A stretch of 64,000 nucleotides of DNA from Gemmatimonadota bacterium (GTDB lineage Bacteria > Gemmatimonadota > Gemmatimonadetes > Palauibacterales > KS3-K002): contig JAZGAL010000175.1 in assembly GCA_036475815.1 (NCBI GenBank), positions 4,403-68,402 of the forward strand. Direction: 5' to 3'. Made by a program: the position numbers and the translations under genes. Of this stretch, positions 7,951-16,931 are shown one piece after another. Each line of letters starts with the position of its first letter. Positions within the stretch are counted from its first letter, which is position 1. The notes beneath the pieces were generated by a model. The model was not told where the DNA came from, ran no database searches, and saw only the letters and a list, made by a program, of their open reading frames with translations.

Positions 7951-9110
7951 TGAGCGCGCGCGGCGTGGCGGTTCTGGGCTCGACCGGCTCGATTGGGAAG
8001 ACGACGTTGAACGTGATCGCTGCTTTCCCGGATCGCTTCCGGGTCGTGGCGCTGACGGCGCACCGCAACGCCGACGAACTGGCGGAGCAGGTGAGCCGTT
8101 TCAAACCGGAGCTGGCCGTCCTCGCCGACGGGGATTCCTCGCAGGTGGCCGATATACCTGGAGTTCGTTTCGCCACCGGCGCGGACGCCGTGCTGGAGGC
8201 GGCGAGCCACCCGGACGTCGATATCGTGGTCAACGCGCTGGTGGGAGCGGCGGGCCTCGAGCCGACGTTGAAGGCTCTGGAAGCCGGTAAGCGGCTGGCG
8301 CTGGCCAACAAGGAGTCTCTGGTGGTGGGAGGCCCGCTGGTGATGCGTGCTCTCGAGGACGGGCACGGTGAGCTGATACCGGTGGACAGCGAGCACAGCG
8401 CCGTGCTCCAGTGCCTGCAGGGTGCCGGCCTGGAGAGCGTGAGCAGGATCGTTCTGACGGCCTCGGGCGGGCCGTTCCGGGATCGTGATCACCTGGAGCT
8501 GGCCGGGGTGACGCCGGAAGAGGCCCTGCGTCACCCGACATGGAACATGGGGGCGAAGATCACCATCGATTCGGCGACGCTGGTGAACAAAGCGTTGGAG
8601 GTCATCGAGGCGCACTTCTTGTTCGGGATGCCGTACGACCGGGTGACGGTGGTGGTCCACCCGCAGTCGATCGTTCACTCGCTGGTCGAGTTCCGGGATG
8701 GCTCGATCCTCGCGCAGCTTGGCCATCCGACCATGGCGATACCGGTGCTGTACGCGCTCAGCTACCCGGAGAAGCTGCCGTTCGATACGCCGTCACTCGA
8801 CCTCGCGCAGGTCGGCGCTCTTACTTTCGAGCCGCTCCCGCCGGGGCGGTTTCCCGCCTTCGAGCTTGGGCGAGAGGCGGCCCTGCGTGGGGGCACGGCA
8901 CCGGCCGTGTTCAACGCCGCGAGCGAGAAGGCGGTGGCCGCGTTCCTCTCGGAGAGTCTCCCGTTCACCGGGATACCGGCCGTGATCGGTGAAGTGTTGA
9001 GCGAGCACACGGTGCAGGAAGTCACATCGTTGGAAGTAGTCCGCCAGGCCGACAGTTGGGCGCGAGCGGCGGCGGACAGAATAGCGGACAAATCACAGCG
9101 GTTGGCTTAG
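7950..9110 (+). CDS. dxr: 1-deoxy-D-xylulose 5-phosphate reductoisomerase
   Basis: I placed the start at ATG 7950, a TGATG 1-nt overlap with cdsA. This gives MSARGVAVLGSTGSIGKTTL, the NADPH-binding N-terminus. The track ORF from 7734 is an upstream in-frame extension inside cdsA. Confidence 0.95.
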   Translation: MSARGVAVLGSTGSIGKTTLNVIAAFPDRFRVVALTAHRNADELAEQVSRFKPELAVLADGDSSQVADIPGVRFATGADAVLEAASHPDVDIVVNALVGAAGLEPTLKALEAGKRLALANKESLVVGGPLVMRALEDGHGELIPVDSEHSAVLQCLQGAGLESVSRIVLTASGGPFRDRDHLELAGVTPEEALRHPTWNMGAKITIDSATLVNKALEVIEAHFLFGMPYDRVTVVVHPQSIVHSLVEFRDGSILAQLGHPTMAIPVLYALSYPEKLPFDTPSLDLAQVGALTFEPLPPGRFPAFELGREAALRGGTAPAVFNAASEKAVAAFLSESLPFTGIPAVIGEVLSEHTVQEVTSLEVVRQADSWARAAADRIADKSQRLA

Positions 9111-10205
9111 ATGGTCTCAGTCCTGGCGTTCATACTGGTTCTCGGCGTACTCATCGTCGTGCACGAACTGGGGCACTTCATCACGGCGAAGGCCGCGGGC
9201 ATCGCCGTGCCCAGGTTCTCGATCGGACTCGGCCCCCGGATATGGGGAGTCAAGATCGGGGAGACGGAGTATGTGCTCTCGGCGTTCCCGCTCGGCGGCT
9301 ATGTAAAGATGGCGGGTATGGGCGAGGACGAGGCGCTGGAGAAGCTCGAGGGTGGCAAGGCCGATCTGGAGGTCCCGCCGCAGCGTCGCTTCGACGGGAA
9401 GCCGATACGCACGCGCGCCGCGGTGATCGCGGCGGGCCCAGCCATGAACTTCGTGTTCGCGATCCTCGCCTTCGCGGGACTCGCCTACTACACTTCTTAC
9501 GCTCCACTCATCGCCGACGTGCAGGAGGGCTGGCCCGCGGCTGAAGCCGGCGTGCGGGCCGGCGACGTCATCCTGGCCGTGGATGACGCCGAGACCGAGC
9601 TTTGGGTCGATTTCGCCCAGCAGATCAGGCGGCGGCCGGGCGAGACGGTGACGTTGCGGATCGAGCGCGACAGGCGGCAGATCCAGTTGACGACTCTCGT
9701 GGCGGCATTCGACACGACCATGGCCGATACGGCGGGGAACGACACCACCATCACCCTGGGCAGGATCGGCGTAACCCTCGACACCGAGAGCCCACGCCGC
9801 GCGTTCGGTATCGGGGCGTCTTTGGCCGCGGGAAGCCGGCAGGCCGTCGATCTTTCCGTGCTGATCCTGGACTTCCTTGGGGAGCTGATCACAGGTAAAG
9901 CGTCGCCGCGGAATCTGGGGGGACCGATACTCATCGGGCAGGTCTCCGGACAGGCGGCGCGGGCGGGTGCGGGCGCGCTCCTCGGCTGGATGGCCTTTCT
10001 AAGTGTGAACCTGGCCGTACTGAACCTGCTGCCGATACCGATCCTCGATGGTGGCCACCTCGTCTTCCTGGCCATCGAAGCGATCCGTGGCCGGGCGTTG
10101 TCGGCTCAAGCCCGGGCCCGCTTGAGCCAGTTCGGCTTCATCCTGTTGATGGCTTTGATGGTCTGGGTCTTCACCAGCGATGTGCTGCGCCTGACTGGTA
10201 ACTAG
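9111..10205 (+). CDS. rseP: RIP metalloprotease RseP (M50 site-2 protease)
   Basis: HELGHF zinc motif at the N-terminus, a central PDZ region and a C-terminal NLLPIPILDGGH motif. 364 aa. Confidence 0.9.
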   Translation: MVSVLAFILVLGVLIVVHELGHFITAKAAGIAVPRFSIGLGPRIWGVKIGETEYVLSAFPLGGYVKMAGMGEDEALEKLEGGKADLEVPPQRRFDGKPIRTRAAVIAAGPAMNFVFAILAFAGLAYYTSYAPLIADVQEGWPAAEAGVRAGDVILAVDDAETELWVDFAQQIRRRPGETVTLRIERDRRQIQLTTLVAAFDTTMADTAGNDTTITLGRIGVTLDTESPRRAFGIGASLAAGSRQAVDLSVLILDFLGELITGKASPRNLGGPILIGQVSGQAARAGAGALLGWMAFLSVNLAVLNLLPIPILDGGHLVFLAIEAIRGRALSAQARARLSQFGFILLMALMVWVFTSDVLRLTGN

Positions 10206-10218
10206 GAGCAGGTAACCG

Positions 10219-11049
10219 TCAGAACAAGCCGAGCTGTGGTGAGCGAACCGCCGCGGTGAGCTCGTTGACGTCGAGCCCGGCGAGTGGCTCATCCTGCGCG
10301 GCGACGCAGAGCAGCGCCTCGTAGCCCTTCTTCTCGAGCGCCGCTCCCACGACCTCGGCTGCCAGCGCCGGCTCGTTGCACTCCTGACTCAAGTGAGCGA
10401 GCACAACGGCTGCGAGCCCCGGGTGGTGCAGCTCCCCTCCGAGTTGCGCCGCGGCCCGGTTCGACAGGTGTCCGTGTCGCCCGGCGATCCGGCTCTTGAG
10501 CGGCCACGGGTAAGGGCCTGTTCGCAGCATGACATCGTCGTGGTTGGCCTCGAGGATGAGGAGATCGCAGCGTCGGAGGGCGTGACGCACCGATACGGTC
10601 GGCGTACCGAGATCGGTGGCAACTCCCACCTTGAGCCCGCTCGAGCGCTGGCGGATGGTGACCCCTATCGGGTCGATGGCATCGTGGCAGGTCAGAAACG
10701 GCTCGATGCGCAGATCACCCAGATCGATCGGTTCTCCCGCGCTGTAGAAGCGGAGCTCTTCTTGGCCGTTGAGCAGGGTTGAGCAGGACGTTGCGGTGGC
10801 GCGGGCGATGTAGATCGGGATGTTCCAGCGGCGCGCGAAGATGCCCATCCCCTGGGTGTGGTCGCGATGCTCGTGCGTGATGACGAGAGCCGAGACGCTG
10901 TCGGCGGGGATCTCGACTGCCTCCAGGCGCCGCTCGATCTGCCGCCCGCTGAACCCGGCGTCTACCAGGATACGGGTTTCTGAGGTCTCGAGAAGTATGG
11001 AATTGCCGCGACTGCCACTACCCAGAACGTGCACCCTGAAAAGAGTCAT
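10219..11049 (-). CDS. MBL-fold metallo-hydrolase
   Basis: 276 aa. HEHRDH (HxHxDH) motif and a later HLS histidine. GSGSRGNS near the N-terminus resembles YycJ/PhnP-type beta-lactamase-fold proteins. Confidence 0.8.
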   Translation of the reverse strand: MTLFRVHVLGSGSRGNSILLETSETRILVDAGFSGRQIERRLEAVEIPADSVSALVITHEHRDHTQGMGIFARRWNIPIYIARATATSCSTLLNGQEELRFYSAGEPIDLGDLRIEPFLTCHDAIDPIGVTIRQRSSGLKVGVATDLGTPTVSVRHALRRCDLLILEANHDDVMLRTGPYPWPLKSRIAGRHGHLSNRAAAQLGGELHHPGLAAVVLAHLSQECNEPALAAEVVGAALEKKGYEALLCVAAQDEPLAGLDVNELTAAVRSPQLGLF

Positions 11050-12257
11050 TCACCCCGCCCTTTGCGCCAGCAGCCTTCGAGGAATCTCCGCCCGCGCTCG
11101 TCCAGATCCACGCCACGCCTGGCCATCGCCGCCTGTGCGGTGTCGAGAAACTCGGTCAGCCGGTATTCACCCAGATCGTCACCCTCTCCCCAGCTGAACG
11201 GTTCCACGTAGCGGGGCGGCATGACGCTCCCGTATAGATTAGCGCCGGCGCCCACCACGGTGCCAGTGCCGAGGAGCAGCCCGATCCCAGTCTTCACATG
11301 ATCGCCGAAGAAGCAGCCCACCTTCATCTCGCCCGTGTCCACGAGCCCGGAAGGGGTCCAGACGCGCACCGGGCGGTAGTTGTTCTTCAGATCGCTGTTG
11401 GTAGTGAAGGCGCCCAGGTTGACCCACTTCCCCACGTAGGAGTGGCCGAGGTAGCCGTCGTGCGCCTTGTTTGAGTAGCCCAGCACGACGGTCTCCGCCA
11501 CTTCACCTCGCAGGTAGGAAAAGGGGCCCGTGGAGATCCGCTCGAACGAGCCTCCCAGCAGACGCGACTGCGGGCCCACAGCAGCGGGCCCGGCCAGCCG
11601 CGTTCCCGCTCGAATCTCCACCTCGTCCCCCACCAGGACCGGCCCCTCACGAGTGTCGAACAGGGTGCCCGGCTCGATGCGTACGCCACGGCCAAGGATC
11701 AGCGGCTGAGCGCCGAGCGAATAGACGCCGTCAGGCAGACCGGACGGCATCGAGCCTCGAGCGGAAGCCAGGTCCTGGATCAGCTGATCGGGCGTGTGCA
11801 GGACCAGGTCCCATATCCGCTCGAGCAGTCGGCCGGCCACGTGGACTTCGGCCGGCGGCCCGGAATCGAGCGTCAGCTGATCGAGGAAGGCGCGATCGGG
11901 GCGCCGGCCCGCCGCGGCGTAGAGGCCCACCGGACGACCGTCCATGAGGAAGACGGCCGGGTCCGACGGCACGACTACGCTCTCTTCCGGATCGGCCGCG
12001 GCCCGCGAGCACCAGAAGACGAGATCCCGGTCCTTCGGCAGGTCGTCGAAGCTCAGTACCGCGCGTGCGCCGGGCTCCGAGAAGCCGGCGAGGTGTTCAG
12101 AGGTGAGGTAACCGATGCAATCGAGTCCCAGGGCTCGCTCGGCACGCTCCACCAGCGTGGAGGCGCCGAAGCGGAGCTCGCCGGCCGGGCGGGTGAGCGC
12201 GAGCGGCGCCCACTGCCGGGCTCTATCGTCGTCGAAGAGAACCAGTCCCGGCGCCAT
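11046..12257 (-). CDS. GlmU-like left-handed beta-helix protein with a degenerate N-terminal nucleotidyltransferase-like domain
   Basis: 403 aa. The C-terminal half has hexapeptide repeats and a GlmU-like stretch NLGAFTTNSDLKNNYRPVRVW...VGCFFGDHVKTGIGLLLGTGTVVGAGANL. The N-terminus (LVLFDDDRARQWAPLALTRPAGEL) lacks the GxGxR loop. Confidence 0.7.
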   Translation of the reverse strand: MAPGLVLFDDDRARQWAPLALTRPAGELRFGASTLVERAERALGLDCIGYLTSEHLAGFSEPGARAVLSFDDLPKDRDLVFWCSRAAADPEESVVVPSDPAVFLMDGRPVGLYAAAGRRPDRAFLDQLTLDSGPPAEVHVAGRLLERIWDLVLHTPDQLIQDLASARGSMPSGLPDGVYSLGAQPLILGRGVRIEPGTLFDTREGPVLVGDEVEIRAGTRLAGPAAVGPQSRLLGGSFERISTGPFSYLRGEVAETVVLGYSNKAHDGYLGHSYVGKWVNLGAFTTNSDLKNNYRPVRVWTPSGLVDTGEMKVGCFFGDHVKTGIGLLLGTGTVVGAGANLYGSVMPPRYVEPFSWGEGDDLGEYRLTEFLDTAQAAMARRGVDLDERGRRFLEGCWRKGRGE

Positions 12258-12260
12258 GCC

Positions 12261-13328
12261 TTACTCAACTCCTTTCTTCAGGTCGTCGGGTAACTCCGCG
12301 AGAAGCTTCTTGAGGTCCGCGCTGCGATCCCGCGGCGTGACGAAAGTGATGCCCGAAGCCCGAACAACGACGATGTCGGAGAAGCCAAACGCCACGACGG
12401 GGCCGTCCTCCGCCCAAACCAGGCTGTCCCGGCACTCGATCGCATGGGCATCTCCAACCAGCAGGTTCCCCTCGCCATCGAGTTCCCTGACCCGCATCAA
12501 CGCTGCCCAGGCGCCGACGTCGTCCCAATCGAACTCGGCCTGCACCACCGCGCTGTTCCGGCTGCGCTCCATGAGACCGTTGTCGATGGTGAGCGTGGGG
12601 ACAGCGGCGAAGAATCCCTCGATATCACCGTCTCTCAGCCGCTCGAGCTCGCCCGCCAGCTCCGGCGTGTGGGCGGCGAGCTCCGCCAGCAGAAGCTGGG
12701 GCCGCCATACGAACATCCCCGAGTTCCACAGGAAACCACCCCGGGCCAGGTACGCTTCCGCCGTGGCGCGGTCGGGCTTCTCGACGAAACGCCGAATCTC
12801 GAAGACGTCGGGACTCAACAGGCTTCCCACCTCGATATATCCATAGCCGGTCTCCGGTCGGCTGGGCGCGATGCCCACGGTGAGGAGCCGGTCAAGCGCC
12901 CCCGCTCCCTCCACGGCCCGCTCCAGCGTGGAAACGAACTGGTCGAGCGGACGAACCACGTGGTCCGAGTGCAACGATACCATCACCGCCTGTTCCGGCC
13001 GTTGCGAGCGTGTGAGGATCTCCTGGGCCGCCCAGGCCAGGGCCGGGGCCGTGCCCCGCGCCTGCGGCTCGCAGAGCAGCTGCTCCGGCGGCAGCTCGGG
13101 TAGCTGCCGCTCTATGTGGGGGCGCAGGTGCTCTCCTGCCACGATGAGCACGTTCTCCGGGGGAGCCACGGCGTGGGCTCGGTCCAGAGTGTCGACGATC
13201 AGGGGACGGCCGCTGGCGAGTGGCAGGAACTGCTTGGGCCTGCCCGGTGTGGAGGCCGGCCAGAATCTGGAGCCGATCCCACCGGCCAGAACCACGATCC
13301 AGCGTTCGAATCCTGCGTTCGCGTTCAC
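12261..13328 (-). CDS. manC: mannose-1-phosphate guanylyltransferase-type sugar nucleotidyltransferase
   Basis: 355 aa. VLAGGIGSRFWPASTPGRPKQFL signature, and GYGYIE and FVEKPD motifs typical of ManC/CpsB N-terminal domains. Confidence 0.85.
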   Translation of the reverse strand: MNANAGFERWIVVLAGGIGSRFWPASTPGRPKQFLPLASGRPLIVDTLDRAHAVAPPENVLIVAGEHLRPHIERQLPELPPEQLLCEPQARGTAPALAWAAQEILTRSQRPEQAVMVSLHSDHVVRPLDQFVSTLERAVEGAGALDRLLTVGIAPSRPETGYGYIEVGSLLSPDVFEIRRFVEKPDRATAEAYLARGGFLWNSGMFVWRPQLLLAELAAHTPELAGELERLRDGDIEGFFAAVPTLTIDNGLMERSRNSAVVQAEFDWDDVGAWAALMRVRELDGEGNLLVGDAHAIECRDSLVWAEDGPVVAFGFSDIVVVRASGITFVTPRDRSADLKKLLAELPDDLKKGVE

Positions 13329-13367
13329 GCGAGGACCCGTCGCTCTCGGGGACCGCTCAGGGTGTCC

Positions 13368-13721
13368 TCAGACCAGTTTGGCTATCTGCTCGCGGTTGTG
13401 CCGCAGCTCGTACAACAGGGCGCCGAACGGGACTCCGGGTTTGACGAAAGTCACGACGATAAGCTCCGGCGGCACGTCCGTGACGATCGCCACGCCATCA
13501 GCGTACTCGACGACGGCGGCGCCGAGTCCATCGTGATGCGCTGCAGCGCCAAGCTCACGGGCGTTGTGCAGGATGTTCGGTGCCATGGCCGCCACGGCCT
13601 CCGCATCGGTCCCCGGGGGCCCGATCTGGTCTACCAGAAGACCGTCCTGGCCCACCACGAAGACAGCTTCGACCTCTGAGCGGCTCGACAGACGAGCGAG
13701 AAGATCCTTGAGTGTTGGCAT
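13368..13721 (-). CDS. Roadblock/LC7 (MglB-like) domain protein
   Basis: 117 aa. The pattern VEAVFVVGQDGLLVDQIG...DGVAIVTDV...LIVVTFV matches the Roadblock alpha-beta-alpha fold. It is the first gene of the minus-strand operon. Confidence 0.75.
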   Translation of the reverse strand: MPTLKDLLARLSSRSEVEAVFVVGQDGLLVDQIGPPGTDAEAVAAMAPNILHNARELGAAAHHDGLGAAVVEYADGVAIVTDVPPELIVVTFVKPGVPFGALLYELRHNREQIAKLV

Positions 13722-13785
13722 TCGGCACCTACAGGCTGGTGGCTAAGCGGGAGTTGGAGCAAGCTAATTCGTCCGGGGTCACAAA

Positions 13786-13837
13786 GTCAAGCGCGCTTTG
13801 AGCTTCGCTTGACAGCCCGCGCGGCGTCGGATAAGGT
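13786..13837 (+). promoter_or_regulatory. inverted repeat plus candidate promoter in a divergent intergenic region
   Basis: GTCAAGCG (13786-13793) and CGCTTGAC (13806-13813) form an 8-bp inverted repeat with a 12-nt spacer. TTGACA (13809-13814), a 17-nt spacer and TAAGGT (13832-13837) lie 12 nt before the ATG at 13850. Confidence 0.3.
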
Positions 13838-13849
13838 TGCCCCACAACG

Positions 13850-14437
13850 ATGCCAAACTTCAAGATGTCTGTGGACCGCCGCGCGGCGGTCCTGGTGCTC
13901 ACGCTCCTTGCCGTCGTCTCGTGCGGTGACGATACGACCAGCAGCTTCCCGCGGCCGAGCGAGCCGCTCGATCTCTCGTTGTATGACCTGGTCGATGGCC
14001 CCATCGACCGGGCCAGCGCCCTGAGCGTCGTGGCGGGGCGTGGCACGGGCTTCCCGCGAACGGTGCGGGTGGATCAGACCGAGCAGTGGGACATAGCGTT
14101 CGGCGTGCTCGACGGCGATGCCGTCTGGTTGCCGCGCGGCTTCTTCGAGGGCCTCGAGCCCTCGAGCGGGATCTTGGCCGTGCCCGGAGATTTCGAGGAC
14201 GCGGGTCAGGCCCCTGAGAACAAGGATCTGTACGAGATCCGGGAGCCCGTCCCCATGACCGTGGGTGAGACGTACATCATCCGCAGCCGGAACGATCCGA
14301 CACTCTCGCTGCCGTGCCGCATATTCGCCAAAGTCGTGGTGCAGGGGATTCAACAGGACCCGGCCAGGATGGATTTTCGCATCGTCTGGAATCCGAACTG
14401 CGACGATCGCGAACTCACTCTCGAACAGGCGCTATAG
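13850..14437 (+). CDS. hypothetical lipoprotein
   Basis: 195 aa. Signal peptide with lipobox LLAVVSC-GDD. I recognise no family. Confidence 0.6.
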   Translation: MPNFKMSVDRRAAVLVLTLLAVVSCGDDTTSSFPRPSEPLDLSLYDLVDGPIDRASALSVVAGRGTGFPRTVRVDQTEQWDIAFGVLDGDAVWLPRGFFEGLEPSSGILAVPGDFEDAGQAPENKDLYEIREPVPMTVGETYIIRSRNDPTLSLPCRIFAKVVVQGIQQDPARMDFRIVWNPNCDDRELTLEQAL

Positions 14438-14460
14438 CGGGCGGGTTCGATCCTCGAGTT

Positions 14461-15741
14461 ATGCTCGACCTGAAGCGAATCCGATACGAGACCGATGCGG
14501 TCAAGGAGCAGCTAGCAAAGCGTCCAGATCCCTCCCTGGCGGCTGCGGTCGACGAAGTCGTCGAACTGGACGAGGCAAGGCGCCAGGTGATCCAGAGTGT
14601 CGAGGAGCTGAAGGCTCGTCGCAACGCGGCGTCGAAGGAGATCGCCCGGCGGAAGAAGACCGGGGAGGATGCGTCGGATCTGATCGGCGAGATGAAGGAG
14701 GTCGCGGAGCGGATCTCCCGTTTCGACGCTCGCCTGAGCGCCGACGAGAGCAGGATAGAAGAGCTCCTGCTCTGCATTCCGAACACCCCGCTCCCTCCCG
14801 TGCCCTCCGGGGATGAATCAGCCAACCGGGAGATCCGGTCGTGGGGCGAGCCGCTGGAGCCGGCGCGCTGGCATAGGCCGCATTGGGATCTCGGCGCAGC
14901 GTTGGGAATCCTCGACCTGGAGCGCGGCGCCAAGATCTCGGGTTCGGGCTTTCCGGTCTACATTGGGACGGGCGCTCGCCTGCAGCGCGCGCTCATCAAC
15001 TTCATGCTGGACACTCACCGCAAGGAGCACGGGTACACGGAAGTCCAGCTGCCGTACCTGGTGCGCACTGAAGCGATGGTAGGCACGGGCCAGCTGCCCA
15101 AACTGGCCGATGACGCTTATCACATCGAGGGCGATGATCTCTGGTTGATACCCACAGGCGAGGTTCCGCTTACGAACCTGCATGCCGGTGAAGTGTTGGG
15201 GCCGGAGGATGTGCCGCGTCACTACGTGGCGTACACGGCGTGCTTCCGCCGCGAGGCCGGCGCCGCCGGCCGGGACACGCGTGGCGTGTTGCGCGTACAC
15301 CAGTTCGACAAGGTCGAGCTGGTGCGCGTGGAGCGGCCGGACGACTCGCAGGAGGCGCTTGAGGAACTCACGGGGCAGGCCGAGGCGATCTTGCAGCGCC
15401 TCGGCCTGGCGTACCGGGTGGTGCTCCTCGCCGCCGGCGACATGGCGCAGTCGAGTGCGATGACCTATGATCTCGAGGTATGGTCGCCCGGTGTCGGGCG
15501 TTGGCTGGAAGTCTCTTCGTGCTCCAACTGCACCGACTATCAGGCGCGGCGGGCGGAAATCCGTTACCGGCGCGAGCCACGCGGGAAGCCGGAATTCGTG
15601 CACACGCTGAATGGGTCGGGTCTGGCGCTCCCGCGGACGGTTATCGCCCTGCTCGAGAACTACCAGCGTGAGGACGGGAGCGTCGACCTCCCTGAAGCGC
15701 TGCACCCGTACATGGAATCCACGCGGATCGAGCCGGTGTGA
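14461..15741 (+). CDS. serS: serine--tRNA ligase
   Basis: Start chosen at ATG 14461 (MLDLKRIRYETDAVKEQL, the typical SerRS coiled-coil N-terminus). Class II motifs are present (FRREAG..., GSGLA). The track ORF from 14314 is an N-terminal over-extension. Confidence 0.95.
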   Translation: MLDLKRIRYETDAVKEQLAKRPDPSLAAAVDEVVELDEARRQVIQSVEELKARRNAASKEIARRKKTGEDASDLIGEMKEVAERISRFDARLSADESRIEELLLCIPNTPLPPVPSGDESANREIRSWGEPLEPARWHRPHWDLGAALGILDLERGAKISGSGFPVYIGTGARLQRALINFMLDTHRKEHGYTEVQLPYLVRTEAMVGTGQLPKLADDAYHIEGDDLWLIPTGEVPLTNLHAGEVLGPEDVPRHYVAYTACFRREAGAAGRDTRGVLRVHQFDKVELVRVERPDDSQEALEELTGQAEAILQRLGLAYRVVLLAAGDMAQSSAMTYDLEVWSPGVGRWLEVSSCSNCTDYQARRAEIRYRREPRGKPEFVHTLNGSGLALPRTVIALLENYQREDGSVDLPEALHPYMESTRIEPV

Positions 15742-16928
15742 AAGCTCGTTTATGGCCTCTAGGCCTCGCTCTACTTTTCGGCGTCGTCCTGGCCTGGTAC
15801 CTGTTCTACACGCATCAGTTGGTTAGCGCCGTGAACACGAACGCGGCGACGCTGTCGCAGATGTACGCCCGTGTCTTCCAGGGGCTGAGCGATCCGGATC
15901 AGGAGAGCGGCGATGCGGTCCTGTTCGACATGCTGATCGAGATCAAGGAACTGGGGATTCCGGTGGTGGTGATCAACACGGAGGGTGAGCCGTACGCCGC
16001 CGAGAACCTGCCGTTCGAGCCCGATCTCGATGATCCTGAAGGCCGGCAGAGAGTCCTCGCCTACGCCTCGGAGCTCGACAAGCGCAACGATCCGATCGCG
16101 GAGGTGGGCATCGGTGAGATCCACTTCGGGATGCCGGCGGTGGTCGAGCGCCTGCGCTGGGTGCCCTGGATCCAGGCAGCAACACTGATCGTGATCGTGC
16201 TCACCGCTATCTGGATCTTCCGTTCGACCAGCCGGGCGGAGCGGGAGCGCGTTTGGGCCACGATGGCCCGCGAGTCGGCGCACCAGCTCGGTACGCCGCT
16301 CAGCTCGCTGGCAGGCTGGGTCGAGATATTGAGGATGACGGACGTCGAGCGGTCGGAGGTCGCCACCACCGATAGGATAGCCCGCGAGGTGGCGGTCGAT
16401 GTCGAGCGGTTGAACAAGGTAGCCCAGCGCTTCGAGCTGATCGGGCGCCGGCCCAAGCTGCGGCGGGTGGATGTGGGCGCAGTATTGCGGGGACTCGAGG
16501 AGTACTTCTGCACGCGATTGCCGCACATGGACCTCTCGATACACCTGAATGTGGACGCTCCCGAGGGTCTGGCGCCCGTCGCTGGAAACCCCGTGCTGCT
16601 CGAGTGGGCGTTCGAGAACATCATCAAGAACGCGATCGACGTGCTGGCGGGGCGTGGTGGTCGCATTGACGTGAAAGTCGATCTGGCTGAGGATGGCCGC
16701 GTCAGGATACGGTTCATCGATGATGGCCCCGGCGTTCCCACTGACTTGCGCAAGAATCTCTTCGAGCCGGGCGTCTCGGGCAAAGAGGACGGCTGGGGGG
16801 TCGGCCTCTCGCTGACGCGCCGGATCGTGCAGGACACGCATGGCGGGTCTATCGAGCTTGGGCGTTCGCGGAAGGGCGCCGAATTCATCGTCAAGCTGCC
16901 CGTCATGCCGCCGGACCGAGTGGCTTGA
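15738..16928 (+). CDS. sensor histidine kinase (two TM helices, HisKA, HATPase_c)
   Basis: GTG start in a GTGA overlap with the serS stop. H-box ESAHQLGTPLSSL, N-box ENIIKNAID, and G-boxes DDGPGV and GWGVGLSL are present. Confidence 0.85.
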   Translation: MKARLWPLGLALLFGVVLAWYLFYTHQLVSAVNTNAATLSQMYARVFQGLSDPDQESGDAVLFDMLIEIKELGIPVVVINTEGEPYAAENLPFEPDLDDPEGRQRVLAYASELDKRNDPIAEVGIGEIHFGMPAVVERLRWVPWIQAATLIVIVLTAIWIFRSTSRAERERVWATMARESAHQLGTPLSSLAGWVEILRMTDVERSEVATTDRIAREVAVDVERLNKVAQRFELIGRRPKLRRVDVGAVLRGLEEYFCTRLPHMDLSIHLNVDAPEGLAPVAGNPVLLEWAFENIIKNAIDVLAGRGGRIDVKVDLAEDGRVRIRFIDDGPGVPTDLRKNLFEPGVSGKEDGWGVGLSLTRRIVQDTHGGSIELGRSRKGAEFIVKLPVMPPDRVA

Positions 16929-16931
16929 GAC

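Noticed and set aside
7734-9110. N-terminally extended versions of real genes in the ORF track (dxr from 7734, serS from 14314, gatA from 19374, pnp from 36924, mreB from 41722, rodA from 45867, nif3 from 54904, nusA from 29275)
   Set aside because: In each case the family-typical N-terminus begins at an internal ATG or GTG immediately after, or overlapping, the upstream gene's stop. The extension would run through the upstream gene or a terminator.
13304-13313. GTTCGAATCC, a tRNA T-arm-like string
   Set aside because: It lies inside the 5' end of manC on the opposite strand. No acceptor, D or anticodon stems can be built around it. No intergenic gap in the window is tRNA-like.
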